Below, piece by piece: positions 1-11,107 of a stretch of DNA of 64,000 nucleotides. This DNA is from Candidatus Bathyarchaeota archaeon (GTDB lineage: Archaea > Thermoproteota > Bathyarchaeia > Bathyarchaeales > Bathycorpusculaceae): NCBI GenBank assembly GCA_963717465.1, contig OY970340.1, positions 1,760,001-1,824,000 on the forward strand, in the 5' to 3' direction. Under the pieces are notes generated by a model. The model did no database searches. It was not told the DNA's origin and saw only the letters and a program-made list of their open reading frames with translations. Both the position numbers and the translations under genes were made by a program. Each line of letters starts with the position of its first letter. Position 1 is the stretch's first letter.

Positions 1-211
1 TCATCACCAAAGATTGCCCACCAATTAACCTACCAATTGCGAACTCGACTTTAAAACAATTTTCTAAAAAATGCTTGATGGTCTTCTAAGTAAAGATTTG
101 ATATTTCAATTCACTTAACATTTTTAACTATATAGATTATTATTAGAATATAGATTATGGCCAGAATCTCTATATCCAGAAAAGCGCTATTTTTAGTTGA
201 GGAAAAGGAAA

Positions 212-406
212 ATGACAAAACACATTTGCAAATCATGTTCAGCTTGGTTTCTATCTGATATAGAAACTGAAAATGAATTGGTGATGTGCCCGTCCTGCAA
301 ATCCAGCTTCAAAAGCGTACTAAACAGGCAGGGAATATTAACAATCGAACCATTCAAATGCGTGGACTTGATTGTCGAGCTTAGACAAGACATAAAAGGT
401 TTTTAA
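212..406 (+). CDS. small zinc-ribbon protein (two CxxC), LysW-like spacing
   Basis: ATG at 212; CKSC...ELVMCPSC; no EDWGE C-terminus. Confidence 0.45.
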   Translation: MTKHICKSCSAWFLSDIETENELVMCPSCKSSFKSVLNRQGILTIEPFKCVDLIVELRQDIKGF

Positions 407-555
407 TAAATGACTTTTTTTAAAATCTTTATCCCAAAACTAAGAATCTTTTGCTCAGCAACCCCTTGTGTAATATATAGACTTTGTAATTCTCTATATA
501 TTACGTGCAGAGACATTAAATCTTATTAGAGGCAATTTTACAAGTAAGGGAGAGC

Positions 556-855
556 ATGCGACCTAATCTTATCATAGTGCTCCTTCTAATTGTTATAGCA
601 AGCGTTTGCATAATAAAATTAAGTAGCGTTTCCAGCCATTCAATAATTACAGAAATCACTTGTAAATCACAAGCATTTTCAGCTGCTGATAATAAAAATA
701 TAGTAACGCTAAGTAATTTAACTTTCAATAATTTTGAGTATAATTCGACTACTGACAGCTCATATTTGCCAGTTTTGATATTTTTGCCTTTAGTTGTGGG
801 TTCTTTGGGCACCGTATTCATAGGAATCCGCCGAAAGAGCAAACGCCGAAATTAG
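556..855 (+). CDS. small secreted/membrane protein
   Basis: hydrophobic N-terminus, C-terminal TM segment followed by basic tail RRKSKRRN. Confidence 0.5.
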   Translation: MRPNLIIVLLLIVIASVCIIKLSSVSSHSIITEITCKSQAFSAADNKNIVTLSNLTFNNFEYNSTTDSSYLPVLIFLPLVVGSLGTVFIGIRRKSKRRN

Positions 856-1344
856 CAATCCATTTTCTATCCGCTTTCAATCTTCTTCTGCTTGTGTGCT
901 CTGAAAATTATTTTAGACTGAATTACTATGCTATAGGTTTTCTTATTGCCACTATAGATTATAAATGAAACCTTTATGAACGCAACAGGCAATCAATGTA
1001 TTGAAATCCCAAAAGGAAATCAAGCGAATAAAAAACTTAGCGGACCATCGTTTAACAAGCAGAAAAACCCCCACGATTAGACCCTCTAATCGCCATCCGA
1101 ATCCTCTCCTTGTTAAACATGATCCGTTTAAACGATTCGATTATTAATTTCATCATGCATGAAATTTTCCTTTAACTATGATTATTTAGAGAATTTTTTA
1201 AAATAACCTTTTTTGCTCTTGGCAAACGGGTTATTTATTTTAGTTTATTTTGCATTTAGTTTATTTTGCACTACACATTATTGGACTAACTGATTTAAAC
1301 AGAATTCAAAGCAATACTTGTACTAGTGAGAGGAAAGAATTAGC

Positions 1345-1995
1345 ATGGAGCGAAATGAGTTAGGACAAAACGAATGGCAATCGGTTGATCATGTCTTAGC
1401 TTACTTGGCTAGAGCTGACAGGCTGCCTCACAGGATTGAAGGCGAAAAGATACTCTTGAATCAAATCCCAAAAAATATCCATAGAATTCTCGACTTAGGA
1501 ACAGGCAACGGAAGACTACTTGGGCTTGTGAAGCTCACTCAGCCAGCTGCTGAGGGGATTGCATTAGACTTTTCTGATGCGATGTTAATGCACGCTCGGA
1601 AACGATTTTCAGATGATCCAAAAATTCAAATTGTTAAGCATGACTTTGGCCAACCCCTTCTCTTGTCTGAATTCGGTCGTTTCGATGCTATCGTCTCAAG
1701 TTTAGCAATTCACCATTTGACCCATGAGAGAAAACGTCAACTCTACCGAGAGGTTTTCGATTTACTAAATTCCAAAGGAGTATTTTGCAACTTGGAGCAT
1801 GTTTCTTCACCTACTGAAAACCTGCATCGAAAGTTTTTGGAGGCAGTGGGACAAACGCCTCAAACAGAGGACCCATCAAACAAGCTACTTGATGTTGAAA
1901 CTCAGCTTTGTTGGCTTCGAGAAATAGGTTTTCAAGATGTAGATTGCTACTGGAAGTGGCTTGAGCTGGCACTCTTAGTCGGTTTCAAACCTTAA
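1345..1995 (+). CDS. class I SAM-dependent methyltransferase
   Basis: ILDLGTGNG motif I; FDAIVSSLAIHHL. Confidence 0.9.
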   Translation: MERNELGQNEWQSVDHVLAYLARADRLPHRIEGEKILLNQIPKNIHRILDLGTGNGRLLGLVKLTQPAAEGIALDFSDAMLMHARKRFSDDPKIQIVKHDFGQPLLLSEFGRFDAIVSSLAIHHLTHERKRQLYREVFDLLNSKGVFCNLEHVSSPTENLHRKFLEAVGQTPQTEDPSNKLLDVETQLCWLREIGFQDVDCYWKWLELALLVGFKP

Positions 1996-2156
1996 TTAAA
2001 AAATTTCAATGGCATCCTGCAAACGCGTTAGCACCTTTAAGTTTTTTAGTCAATCAATTACAAGCCAACATAAACAAAAAGTTAAAAGCAATGGCTTATT
2101 CCAAAAAACTCAAAAGAATAGAAACGTAAAATAATGCTAAAATAATCTACCGAATT

Positions 2157-3758
2157 TTATGTATTATTATGATTATTATTATGACTATTTTTTACTATAC
2201 AGTGAGCGTTGAGGTCTTCTTTAAACGACTCGTAAAAAGCTTGTTTATTCTGAAGTATGCTCCATTCTTCCAGGTTGCAGTCTGTCTCAGCATAGAAGAC
2301 AAGAGTGATTTTGCCCTTGCCTGATCTTTCAAATTCTGCTGTTTTAACCACACCAGCGTGACTTCGATCCAGTTTTTCAGCCAAACGGACAAACGCAGAA
2401 AGCGCAATTATTACATTTTTAGACTTTTCGTCCAAGTCTGTACTTTTTAAGGTTTTTCTGTGGGGAATTTTTTTTCTATGAAATCTAGCAATGTTAGCAA
2501 TTATGGTTTTTTCCTTGTGAGTAAAACCGTACAAATCCGCATTGTTAATAATGTAGTATGAATGCAAATGATGATTTGCAAAAGAAATAAAATCTCCTAC
2601 GTCATGAAGCATTGCAGCGTGCATCAGTAGTTCACGTTCATAATCGCCATAGTTATGAAGCCCAAGTTTCTTTGCGCTATCAAAAAGTTGAAGCGATAAA
2701 TTCGCAACTTTTTCTGAATGTTTCTCATCAAAGTGGCTTGACCTTCCCAAATGTAATACGCTTCTTGTGCGAACAGGTCTTCTTTGCAGTTGTTGGAAAC
2801 CCTCAAAATTTGATAAATAATCTATCAGTAGGCCGTCGCGTAAATCTCGATGGCTTATGTTTATTTCTTCAAGCCCAAATTCATCCATTAAAGTTTCCAT
2901 AATTGACTGCGCCGGCAACAATCAAGTCAGCTCTATCGGGATTAATTCCGGGGAGGCTTTTTCTTTCCTCAAGCGACAGGGAACGGAGAATGGGCACTAA
3001 TTTCTTAATGTTCTTTCTAGTTAAGCAATCAGTTGAATTATTATCTCCCTTCTTAAACAGTCTTGAAATTATTTCTGTTAAGTTAACAATGGTTCCAGAT
3101 GTTCCGTAGGCGTTGCGTACGCCGTATTCTAAGACAGAAGATTTTATGTTTTGAATATCTTCGACGATTTGTTTTTTCAGTTTTTTATAAACGTCGTCTG
3201 GAACAGGTCCTATCCAGCCTTCGCCGATGAATTGAGTGGTAAGTCTTATTGCGCCCAGTTTTAGGCTCTCTAAATAGTATATTCTACGTTGGTCTCCAAT
3301 TGCAATTTCAGTGCTTCCGCCACCTAAATCTATAAAGATAGTTTTTTTGTCGCCAATATCTACGGAGCTTGAAACCCCGAGGTAAATTAATCGGGCTTCT
3401 TCCTCACCGAGGATAATTTGAACTTTAAGTTTCACTTCTTTTTCAAGTCTTTCTAAAATTTGTTCTTTGTTTTTTGCTTCACGAATAGCGGATGTTCCCA
3501 CTGCTATTATTTTTCTTGCTCCGTAGGTGTGGGCTAATCCAACGAATTTTTTACAAACTATTATTGTTCGTTCTATCGCTTCCTGCTTTAGAATGTTATC
3601 TTTGAATTCTTGTTCCCTAGTCTGACTACTTCTTTTTCTTGTGTTAAAATATTGTAGGAGAAATTTGGGTTTATCTTAACTACCAATAAACGCACAGCGT
3701 TAGTGCCTATGTCTATGAAACCGACAACTTTGCCTGCGGGTTTTATTGACGTTCGCAT
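2157..3758 (-). CDS. ppx: Ppx/GppA exopolyphosphatase with C-terminal HD domain (two 1-bp frameshifts, near 3616 and 2903)
   Basis: N-terminus read manually MRTSIKPAGKVVGFIDIGTNAVRL...VVRLG; GTSAIREA, EEARL, IDLGGGSTE, RADLIVAG, GLL, AAMLHDVG; the pieces join after single-base corrections. Confidence 0.88.
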
Positions 3759-6068
3759 TTCAGCTCCATTTTTCGTTTCAAGATTGCTTCTAACAAATCT
3801 TTTTTCTTACTGAACGCTTGCTCCTCCAAAAAAGATTCACTGTTTGTTAAGCATGTAACAGCTATTTTTTTTGAGCTGACCTTTAAACTTAAGTCTTCAA
3901 CCACACTCGTATGCGTATAATCTAAACTGTCAGCAACACGAAGAATGCCTGACAAAACCTTTATCTTGTGAATTTCTTTAGGGCTGAGTGATTGTAAGTT
4001 AAAGTGTTTTTTCTTTGGAAAGCCCTTGCGATGATATCTGGCTATGCTCGCAACAATTCTTCTTTGTTCTGAAGGCAACAAAAGCTGGGTACTGTTAAGA
4101 ATTAACTCCATTGATTTCTTGTTATGACCTTTTGTCCCTTCTGTGAGCCCAATATCATGAAGGATAGCTGAGCATTCAAGCAAATGCTTGTCTGAATCGC
4201 TTAATTTGTGAATATTTTGTAGTTTGTCGAAAAATGAGACTGCGAGTTTAGAAACTTGCATGCTATGCTCATTATCTTGCAAATACTGATTTGCAACTGC
4301 AGAACAATTATTAGCAATTTCGTTGAAATTCCGAGTGAGATTCTTCTTTCTTGTTTTATCTTCTTCAATGAATTTTTTCTAAAGAAACCCCGTAAAGAAG
4401 CATTTGCGAAAAACTTTCGGGCAAGCCTTTTTTTCTCATTGCATCAGCTGCAGCTTCAAGATCATAATTTAGCCGAATCAATTCAACTGAAAAAGGATTC
4501 AATTCAATTATGGCGTAGCCTGTTTGAGGATTTCCATCATTAGGTCTCCCTACGCTTCCTGGATTAAGAAAAGTAACAACGTTGATATCTCGCTTGTATT
4601 GTTCATGGGAGTGTCCAGTAATGATAAGATCCACTTTTGCTTCTGAGGCTATTTTTTTCAGTCTCTCCTCTGGAGTGTTAGAGTAGAGATGTTCGTTAAT
4701 TGAATCTGGACTTCCATGGGTCATTAAAACGCTTTTGTCTCCAATTCTTAAGTTGGAAACAGCAGGCAAAGTGGAAAGATATTCTTTGCATGAATTTACA
4801 ATTTGATTACCAGCAAATTGCAATGCAACTCGTTTTTCTTCGCTTTCTCCCTTGGCATTTTCAAGGACTTCGAGGTCGAAATTGCCCATTACACTAATGA
4901 CTCTTCTTGATTGCAATAACTCAATAACTTCATTTGGGTTTGCGCCGAATCCAATCAAATCGCCTGCATTTAAGAACAGATTAATGCCTAAATTTTCTGC
5001 ATTTTCAACTACGGCTTGCAGAGCTTGCAGGTTACCGTGAACATCGGATAAAACAGCTATTTTCTTGTCAGTGATGATTTGTGATTCTCCTTGGTTTTCC
5101 TCAGACTTTGTGGGAGCAGCAATAGTTTGCTTTAGTCTAATGAAGAAATTCGTTTTCTGGCTCTTTTCCCACAAAGCAATGAAGTTCTTGTAACTATTTT
5201 TCCTCAGTTCTTTTACGTATTCTAAAAATCGTAGAAGCTGCTTGTCTTGTAATAGGCCTTTTTTTTGCTTGGAGTTTTCAGATATGGCTTGACTAGTCTT
5301 AAATTTTGGTATGTTTTCTATCCACACGTCGTAGTCGTGCATTTCGCCAAGTACGTCTTGAAATCCTTTAATTGTCTCAATCTCATTCGTAAACTCGTTT
5401 GGGTATAATGAGGAAAATGCTTCCATAGTGTAGCGAAGCCATTTCGCCTTTATTCTCATTTCATGATGCTTAAGAACTTCGTTTTCTAAATAGACATAAG
5501 GCTCAAAAGCAAGGAAATCGTTTAATTTGCTGGAAATTTTCCATTCTGCGCTCATAAATACAAAAGGCGAAAAAAAGGTGAATTCCTTAAGTTCTTTGCT
5601 TTCGTCTTCACAAAACTGTTTTATTTCCAAAAGTATTTTTGAATCATTAAGTTCTTCTAAGCCTTTTCTGATGGTTTTTTGACAATTGTTCCTCTTGGCT
5701 TGAAGGTTTTTTATTATGAAATCAATGATTTGAACTTTTGATGAAGTATTCTTTAATCGGTAAGTTTTTATGAATTCGATTTGAACGTCTAAGTCTCTTG
5801 CTTCCCCTAGTAGTCTGGTAATTTGTTTAATTTCTTTGATCCAACGCTTAAACCTCTTTTGGGAAAAGCATGCGCTGAACAGAGGCATTATTGCTCGAAT
5901 TCTACGTGAGGCAACACGCATGCGGTGAACATATTCGATATCGTCGCTTTCCATGACGCCGTCGATTTGCTTTTCAAACGTGTCTATGACTTTAAGAAGT
6001 CTGTCTACGCCTAATTTGCAGTAACAAGCATCAACTTCATTTTCTGATCTATTAAATTCGGCGTTCAT
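3743..6068 (-). CDS. CHAD + YfcE-type metallophosphoesterase + HD domain fusion (1-bp frameshift near 4372)
   Basis: CHAD: VHRMRVASRRIR, LGEARDLDV, HEMRIKAKWLRY, LGEMHDYDV; MPP: SDVHGN, GDLIG, GNFD, THGSP, GHSH, NPGSVG; HD: ILHDIG, RYHRK, LRVADSLD. Removing one base joins 4365..6068 to 3743..4282 in an open frame. Confidence 0.8.
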
Positions 6069-8148
6069 GCCATACGCCTCGATTCTGTATCAGCCAAGTC
6101 TGAGAATTAAGGCTTTCACCTTCCGGCGTTACACGTTGGTATGAACCATCTGGCAGTAATTTTCTTGCTTTAACATTATCTTTGAGGTGAATCTTTAGTA
6201 TATCTTCAACTAATGCTTCTCTAATTTGAGGATTAGGAACAGATAATAAGACTTCAATTCTTTCAAGTAGGTTTCTAATCATTAGGTCTGAGCTTCCGAT
6301 AAGAACTTCTCCTTTTCCTCCATTTTCGAAATAGTAAATTCTAGTGTGCTCTAAAAATCGTCCTACTATCGATATTACTGAGATGTTATCGCTGATGCCT
6401 TTTATTCCTGGTCTAAGGCAGCATAATCCTCGGACGTTAAGATCAATTTTTATGCCTTCCATTGATGCTCTATAGAGCGCTTGAATAACCTCCTTTTCTT
6501 CAAGATGATTAAGTTTGAATGCAATGTAACCTTTGCCCGTTTTACGATGAATTTCGATTTCCCTGTCAATCCCTTTCAAAATCTCTGGCTTAAGTGATTT
6601 CGGAGCTACAAGCAGATGCTTAAATTCTTTTTCTTGTTTTCCAGTTGCTAACAAATTGAAGAGTGTTTCTAATTCTTCACCAATTTCTGGGTTAGCCGTC
6701 AGATAACCTATGTCAGCGTATATTCTTGCTGTTGCAGCGTTGTAGTTTCCTGAACCTATGTGTGAAAATCTTGTTATTCCCTTTTCGTCTTTTCGTTTGA
6801 TTAAGCAAAGCTTTGCATGGACTTTGATTTTGGGATAATTGTATACTACGCTAACTCCATTTGCTGCAAGTTTTGAAATTAAATGGATATTGTGTTCCTC
6901 ATCAAATTTAGCTTTTAGTTCCACGGAAGCAGTGACTTTTTTGCCTTGTTTTGCTGCCTCGATCAATGTTCCTATGACTGGCGAGCCATGTTCTATTCTG
7001 TAGATTGTGATGAAGATTTCAGCTACTTTTGGGTCAAATGCTGCTTCTTTTAAGTAATCAAGGAATATGTCAAAGCTATCGTACGGGTGATAGAGTAAGA
7101 AATCATGCTGGACTACACTTGCCATCATACTGTTGTTTACCAAAGTTGATTTAGGCAATACGAACGGCGTGAATGGTTGGTCCTTCAGGTCCGGTCTATC
7201 TATTTTTAGGAGCTGAAAGAAATCTGCCAATCCCAAGGGTTCATCCGATTCGTAGACAAGGTATTCTGGCAGATTGAGGGATGCACAAATAGTGGATCGA
7301 ATTGATTGGGGCGTCTTATTGTCAAATTCTAATCGAGTTGGAAAGCCAGTTTTTCGGTCAATCAGACCTTTCTGAATAGCCTCTAAGAAATTGGAGGATA
7401 CATTCATTGCTATTTCAATTTCAGCGTTTCGGGTTAACCTGAAAGGATATGCGACAAGATCTTTTTCATTTGGAAAAATTAAGTCAAGATTGCTAGCGAT
7501 TAGATCCTCTAATAGCACAAAACTTAATTGCCCTTCGTTTTCATTTGGCATTTTTATTAATCTGCCATATTTTTCAACCGGAATTCTTAGCACGCAGTAC
7601 GAATTAGTTTGAGCTTTCTGGATGATGAGGTAAATGTGGAGATTCTCAATTTCATTCGGTTTGAAGCCTTCTTCAAAGCGCATAGGTGCAAAAATGTCTT
7701 GAAGATATTTCCGTAAATCTTTTATCTGCTCAATATCTAGTTCTTCGACTTTCTTAATGTAAATTCTTTCTCTGGCTAAGGTTGGTATAAGTTCTCGGAC
7801 CCAGCAGTTATTGTGTTTTTTAATTAAGGGAATTATTTCTTGCCTTGTGGCTTGAATTTGTTCCATTGCAGTTTTTCCATCTAAAGATTTTTCTTGGGAG
7901 TCTTTCTTTATTTTTTTAAGCAATCTAGGGATTCTTGTCATGAAAAACTCATCTAAATTGCTTCCGCTTATTGCTATGAATTTGACTCTTTCCAAAAGAG
8001 GATGCTGAGTGTCACGCGCTTCTTCCAATACATGCGAATTGAATCTTAACCAGCTAAGTTCTCGATTTAGAAAAAAGCTTGGGTTTTCAAGCAAATCCCT
8101 CTTAACTGAATCCAAATCGTACCTAGTGGTGCTTTCAGTAACTGTCAC
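6052..8148 (-). CDS. ppk1: polyphosphate kinase 1
   Basis: NRELSWLRFN, SNLDEFFM, YHPYDSF, VELKAKFDEE, KVHAKL, IVGRFLEHTRIYYF. Confidence 0.95.
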   Translation of the reverse strand: MTVTESTTRYDLDSVKRDLLENPSFFLNRELSWLRFNSHVLEEARDTQHPLLERVKFIAISGSNLDEFFMTRIPRLLKKIKKDSQEKSLDGKTAMEQIQATRQEIIPLIKKHNNCWVRELIPTLARERIYIKKVEELDIEQIKDLRKYLQDIFAPMRFEEGFKPNEIENLHIYLIIQKAQTNSYCVLRIPVEKYGRLIKMPNENEGQLSFVLLEDLIASNLDLIFPNEKDLVAYPFRLTRNAEIEIAMNVSSNFLEAIQKGLIDRKTGFPTRLEFDNKTPQSIRSTICASLNLPEYLVYESDEPLGLADFFQLLKIDRPDLKDQPFTPFVLPKSTLVNNSMMASVVQHDFLLYHPYDSFDIFLDYLKEAAFDPKVAEIFITIYRIEHGSPVIGTLIEAAKQGKKVTASVELKAKFDEEHNIHLISKLAANGVSVVYNYPKIKVHAKLCLIKRKDEKGITRFSHIGSGNYNAATARIYADIGYLTANPEIGEELETLFNLLATGKQEKEFKHLLVAPKSLKPEILKGIDREIEIHRKTGKGYIAFKLNHLEEKEVIQALYRASMEGIKIDLNVRGLCCLRPGIKGISDNISVISIVGRFLEHTRIYYFENGGKGEVLIGSSDLMIRNLLERIEVLLSVPNPQIREALVEDILKIHLKDNVKARKLLPDGSYQRVTPEGESLNSQTWLIQNRGVWHERRI

Positions 8149-8394
8149 TCTTTCTCACAATCACACTAATTTGTTTTATCTGCAATGTTTCTTGGGTGCA
8201 TCTATACTAGTAACCTTTGATTTACCTTTAAAAGGCACATCATATTCAAAGAGAGGTATCTTCTTATCCATAAATTTTTCCCTTTAGACATATTCACACA
8301 GGGAGTAGTCATTAAGCACTTTGAAAATAGACAATATAGTTCAACATAGTCTATATATAGCAAGGGTTAAATCCTTAAAAAATAATACAAACTT

Positions 8395-8847
8395 ATGAAT
8401 TCTAAGACATTAAAAGAAAACGGATTCTCCGAATTCTTCCCTTTGAAAGAACTCTCCATATTAAACATGCCAAATAATTCAGGCCAAATATTTATCTTAA
8501 TCGACAATACACTTTCTGGAAAACCAACTTCAGACGTGTTGTATATTGGTCGAGCAAAAAAACCAGTTAAAAAAATCTTTGGCGGATATCTTGGCGGCTC
8601 AGGCGGAAAAACAGTGACGAAAATTCATGAAGCGCTTTTTGACGAGAATTACATTGAAAAGGTTGCAATTAGCTGGATGAGCAGCGATGACCCTAAGGCC
8701 GCCCAAACAAATCTTTTGGGCAAATTCAAAAAAGAACACGGCGATTATCCAGCTTGGAACTTATTGAACGCTCCTAAAAAGGCGGCTCCGAAGACAAGCA
8801 TAAAGCCAAAACAGGTCGCATCCAAGGCTAAAAAATCAAAGCCTTAA
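8395..8847 (+). CDS. hypothetical protein, GIY-YIG-like fold, Lys-rich tail
   Basis: GQIFIL...VLYIGRA pattern; no clear catalytic Arg. Confidence 0.55.
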   Translation: MNSKTLKENGFSEFFPLKELSILNMPNNSGQIFILIDNTLSGKPTSDVLYIGRAKKPVKKIFGGYLGGSGGKTVTKIHEALFDENYIEKVAISWMSSDDPKAAQTNLLGKFKKEHGDYPAWNLLNAPKKAAPKTSIKPKQVASKAKKSKP

Positions 8848-9377
8848 CTTTTTTTGCTAGAAAAATAGTGTTCAATTACTTGCGCAGTAGACCATGGTAT
8901 ACAGTCTTTTGCGTTGTAGCCTAATGCTTTGGCATAACTGTGAATTGATTCAACCGACTTAGCTTCGATTTCCATAAGGTCAGGAATGAAACTGTACTTA
9001 CCCAAATAATGGTCTATGTCAAAGTGTGCGTCTGCTTTTTCATAGCTGATTCTGTGTTTTTGCATGCTATCTATGACTTTTAGTCCTAAGAATTCAAGGA
9101 TGCGCGTAGTAGCCTGAAAATCAGAAACTTCTGTTGAATATTCTTCAGCAATTTTCGCGACAGCTGTTGCTTTCACATTCTTAAAAGTCAACACGACCTT
9201 TTTGCCTTCTTTTCTAAGGCGCATCACGTTCTTTGCCTTTATAATTGACCCATCTTTAAAATCATAGAATAATGTTTCAATAGTATCATCAAAAACTTTT
9301 TTTGCGCTTATCTTTTTGAGTTTTTCTTCAAGAACTTTCTTGTTTACTTCTAAGATTTTTGCTTCAATTTCTTGCAT
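8844..9377 (-). CDS. CYTH / class IV adenylate cyclase-like triphosphate tunnel metalloenzyme
   Basis: N-terminal EIEAK (ExExK), MRLRK, LTFK, KHRISY, MEIE. Confidence 0.88.
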   Translation of the reverse strand: MQEIEAKILEVNKKVLEEKLKKISAKKVFDDTIETLFYDFKDGSIIKAKNVMRLRKEGKKVVLTFKNVKATAVAKIAEEYSTEVSDFQATTRILEFLGLKVIDSMQKHRISYEKADAHFDIDHYLGKYSFIPDLMEIEAKSVESIHSYAKALGYNAKDCIPWSTAQVIEHYFSSKKS

Positions 9378-9498
9378 GCAATTTATAAGGTTCCGTCAAT
9401 GCTATAAATTCAACGGTTTATAAAATACTGTTCGAGTTTAAGGGATCGCAGTACAACTAATGTACAAAATTGCAAATTAAAAATAGGCGGATGCTTCG

Positions 9499-10062
9499 TT
9501 AGTCCTGTAGAAGCGGAATCTTGTCTGCTGTTTCCTGAATTTTTTTTTCGATTTTGGTGCTTAGCCCAAGATTCTTGTTTAATCTTTGAGTTGCAGTATG
9601 ATTCGTAAACGGACCAGCAGATAGTGTTGAATTGCTTACTATCGTAATTTCACCGTTATCTGTTCTAATCCAAGCTGTCCTATAGGTTAATCTTATAACT
9701 TCGCCTTTTATGCCACCATACGTTATTATGTCGCCTAATCTGAGAACATTTTCTTGTATAAGTAAAAAACCGCTTAGAATATTCGAAAGTGTTGATTGCA
9801 AAGCTAGTGTTATGGCTAAACCGATAATCCCTGAAAGCGTTAGAGTTGAAAAAGCCGAGGTTATAGCCGTTATTTCAGAAACCCAAACGGCGATCCAGAT
9901 AACCCAAACTACACCAACTAAGCCAAATATTGTTTTGATAATCGTTCTAGGAATTTGCTGTTTTATGCTCTTGGAAATTTTTCTATAGATATAAACTGCT
10001 ACTGCTAGTAGAATAATGTTGACGATCGCAGTTGTAATTACGTCTAATTGTATACTAGCCAT
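9499..10062 (-). CDS. mscS: small-conductance mechanosensitive channel family protein
   Basis: three TM helices, LALQSTLSNILSG, LRLGDII...GEV, IVSNS. Confidence 0.8.
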   Translation of the reverse strand: MASIQLDVITTAIVNIILLAVAVYIYRKISKSIKQQIPRTIIKTIFGLVGVVWVIWIAVWVSEITAITSAFSTLTLSGIIGLAITLALQSTLSNILSGFLLIQENVLRLGDIITYGGIKGEVIRLTYRTAWIRTDNGEITIVSNSTLSAGPFTNHTATQRLNKNLGLSTKIEKKIQETADKIPLLQD

Positions 10063-10108
10063 GGATAAGGTTAAACTGTCATGTTATTTAAATTTAAAGG
10101 CAAGAAAA

Positions 10109-10831
10109 TTATTTTTCTATTTTTGATTTGCAGTGAAAAACCTTTCCTGTGTGAATATTTTTGGCATTAGCTACTGTTTTTTCTCCTGTTATTATGGACC
10201 CCATCATGGTTTTCTTCACTTTAGAAGATTTCAAATTCGTATTCGATAATATTTCTTCGATTTCTGGGACAGTGTACGATGCATTAATGGATGAAACTAG
10301 ACCTGGTTTTATTTCCTTTGGCTTAGTTATCAGTTTTAAGAATGATTTTATTAAGGGATTCATGTCTCGACGCATATCACTGATCATGTATTTCCCGCCA
10401 GGCTTTAGGCAACGGTGCTCTTCATTGAAAACCGAAGCAGGTTGTGACCATTCATGAAGCGATCCGTTTGTGAAAGCAGCATCAAACGTATCATCGTCAA
10501 ATGGTATTCTCTGAGCATCTCCTTTCACATACTTCACGCGATTTTGAAGACCATATTCTTTAGCGTTCTTCTCAGCCAACTTTATCATGTTAGGGCTAAT
10601 TTCTACGCCTCGAAGACTAGTTTCATTGGTTTTCTTGAGCCATTCTAAACCTAAGTATCCTGGTCCTGGTCCTACCTCTAAAGCCAATCCCTGATCTATT
10701 CCCACCTTCATAATTAGGTCAGTTTCAATCCATCCTCTGTCCCTGAGGTTCCTCATCATCTTATCATAAACTTCAACTGTAAACTCTCCCTGAATTCCTT
10801 CACTTGTTTCAACAACCCGAGGTCTAACCAA
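10109..10831 (-). CDS. class I SAM-dependent methyltransferase
   Basis: LEVGPGPG; GDAQRIPFDDDTFD; LHEW; LKPGG. Confidence 0.88.
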   Translation of the reverse strand: MVRPRVVETSEGIQGEFTVEVYDKMMRNLRDRGWIETDLIMKVGIDQGLALEVGPGPGYLGLEWLKKTNETSLRGVEISPNMIKLAEKNAKEYGLQNRVKYVKGDAQRIPFDDDTFDAAFTNGSLHEWSQPASVFNEEHRCLKPGGKYMISDMRRDMNPLIKSFLKLITKPKEIKPGLVSSINASYTVPEIEEILSNTNLKSSKVKKTMMGSIITGEKTVANAKNIHTGKVFHCKSKIEK

Positions 10832-11107
10832 ACAAATTTCCTCCGAAGCATCATTTGAATATCAATACGGTTGATCACTTTAGATATGTTTTATGATCCT
10901 TGTGATCAAACCAGCCAAACTAACTTTTCCATTTGCGGCTATATCAGATTCTAAGGTCAAAGAATTGTTCAATAAAGGAGTTATTATAGATAATTTCTTA
11001 TCCCTGACAATAAGATGTATTACAAGTTTGTTTAGTAATAGCGCTTGTATTTTGATTGGTTTTTAATTGAGGTGTACCAGGTTCTTAATTGGTTTGTTCA
11101 TTAAACT

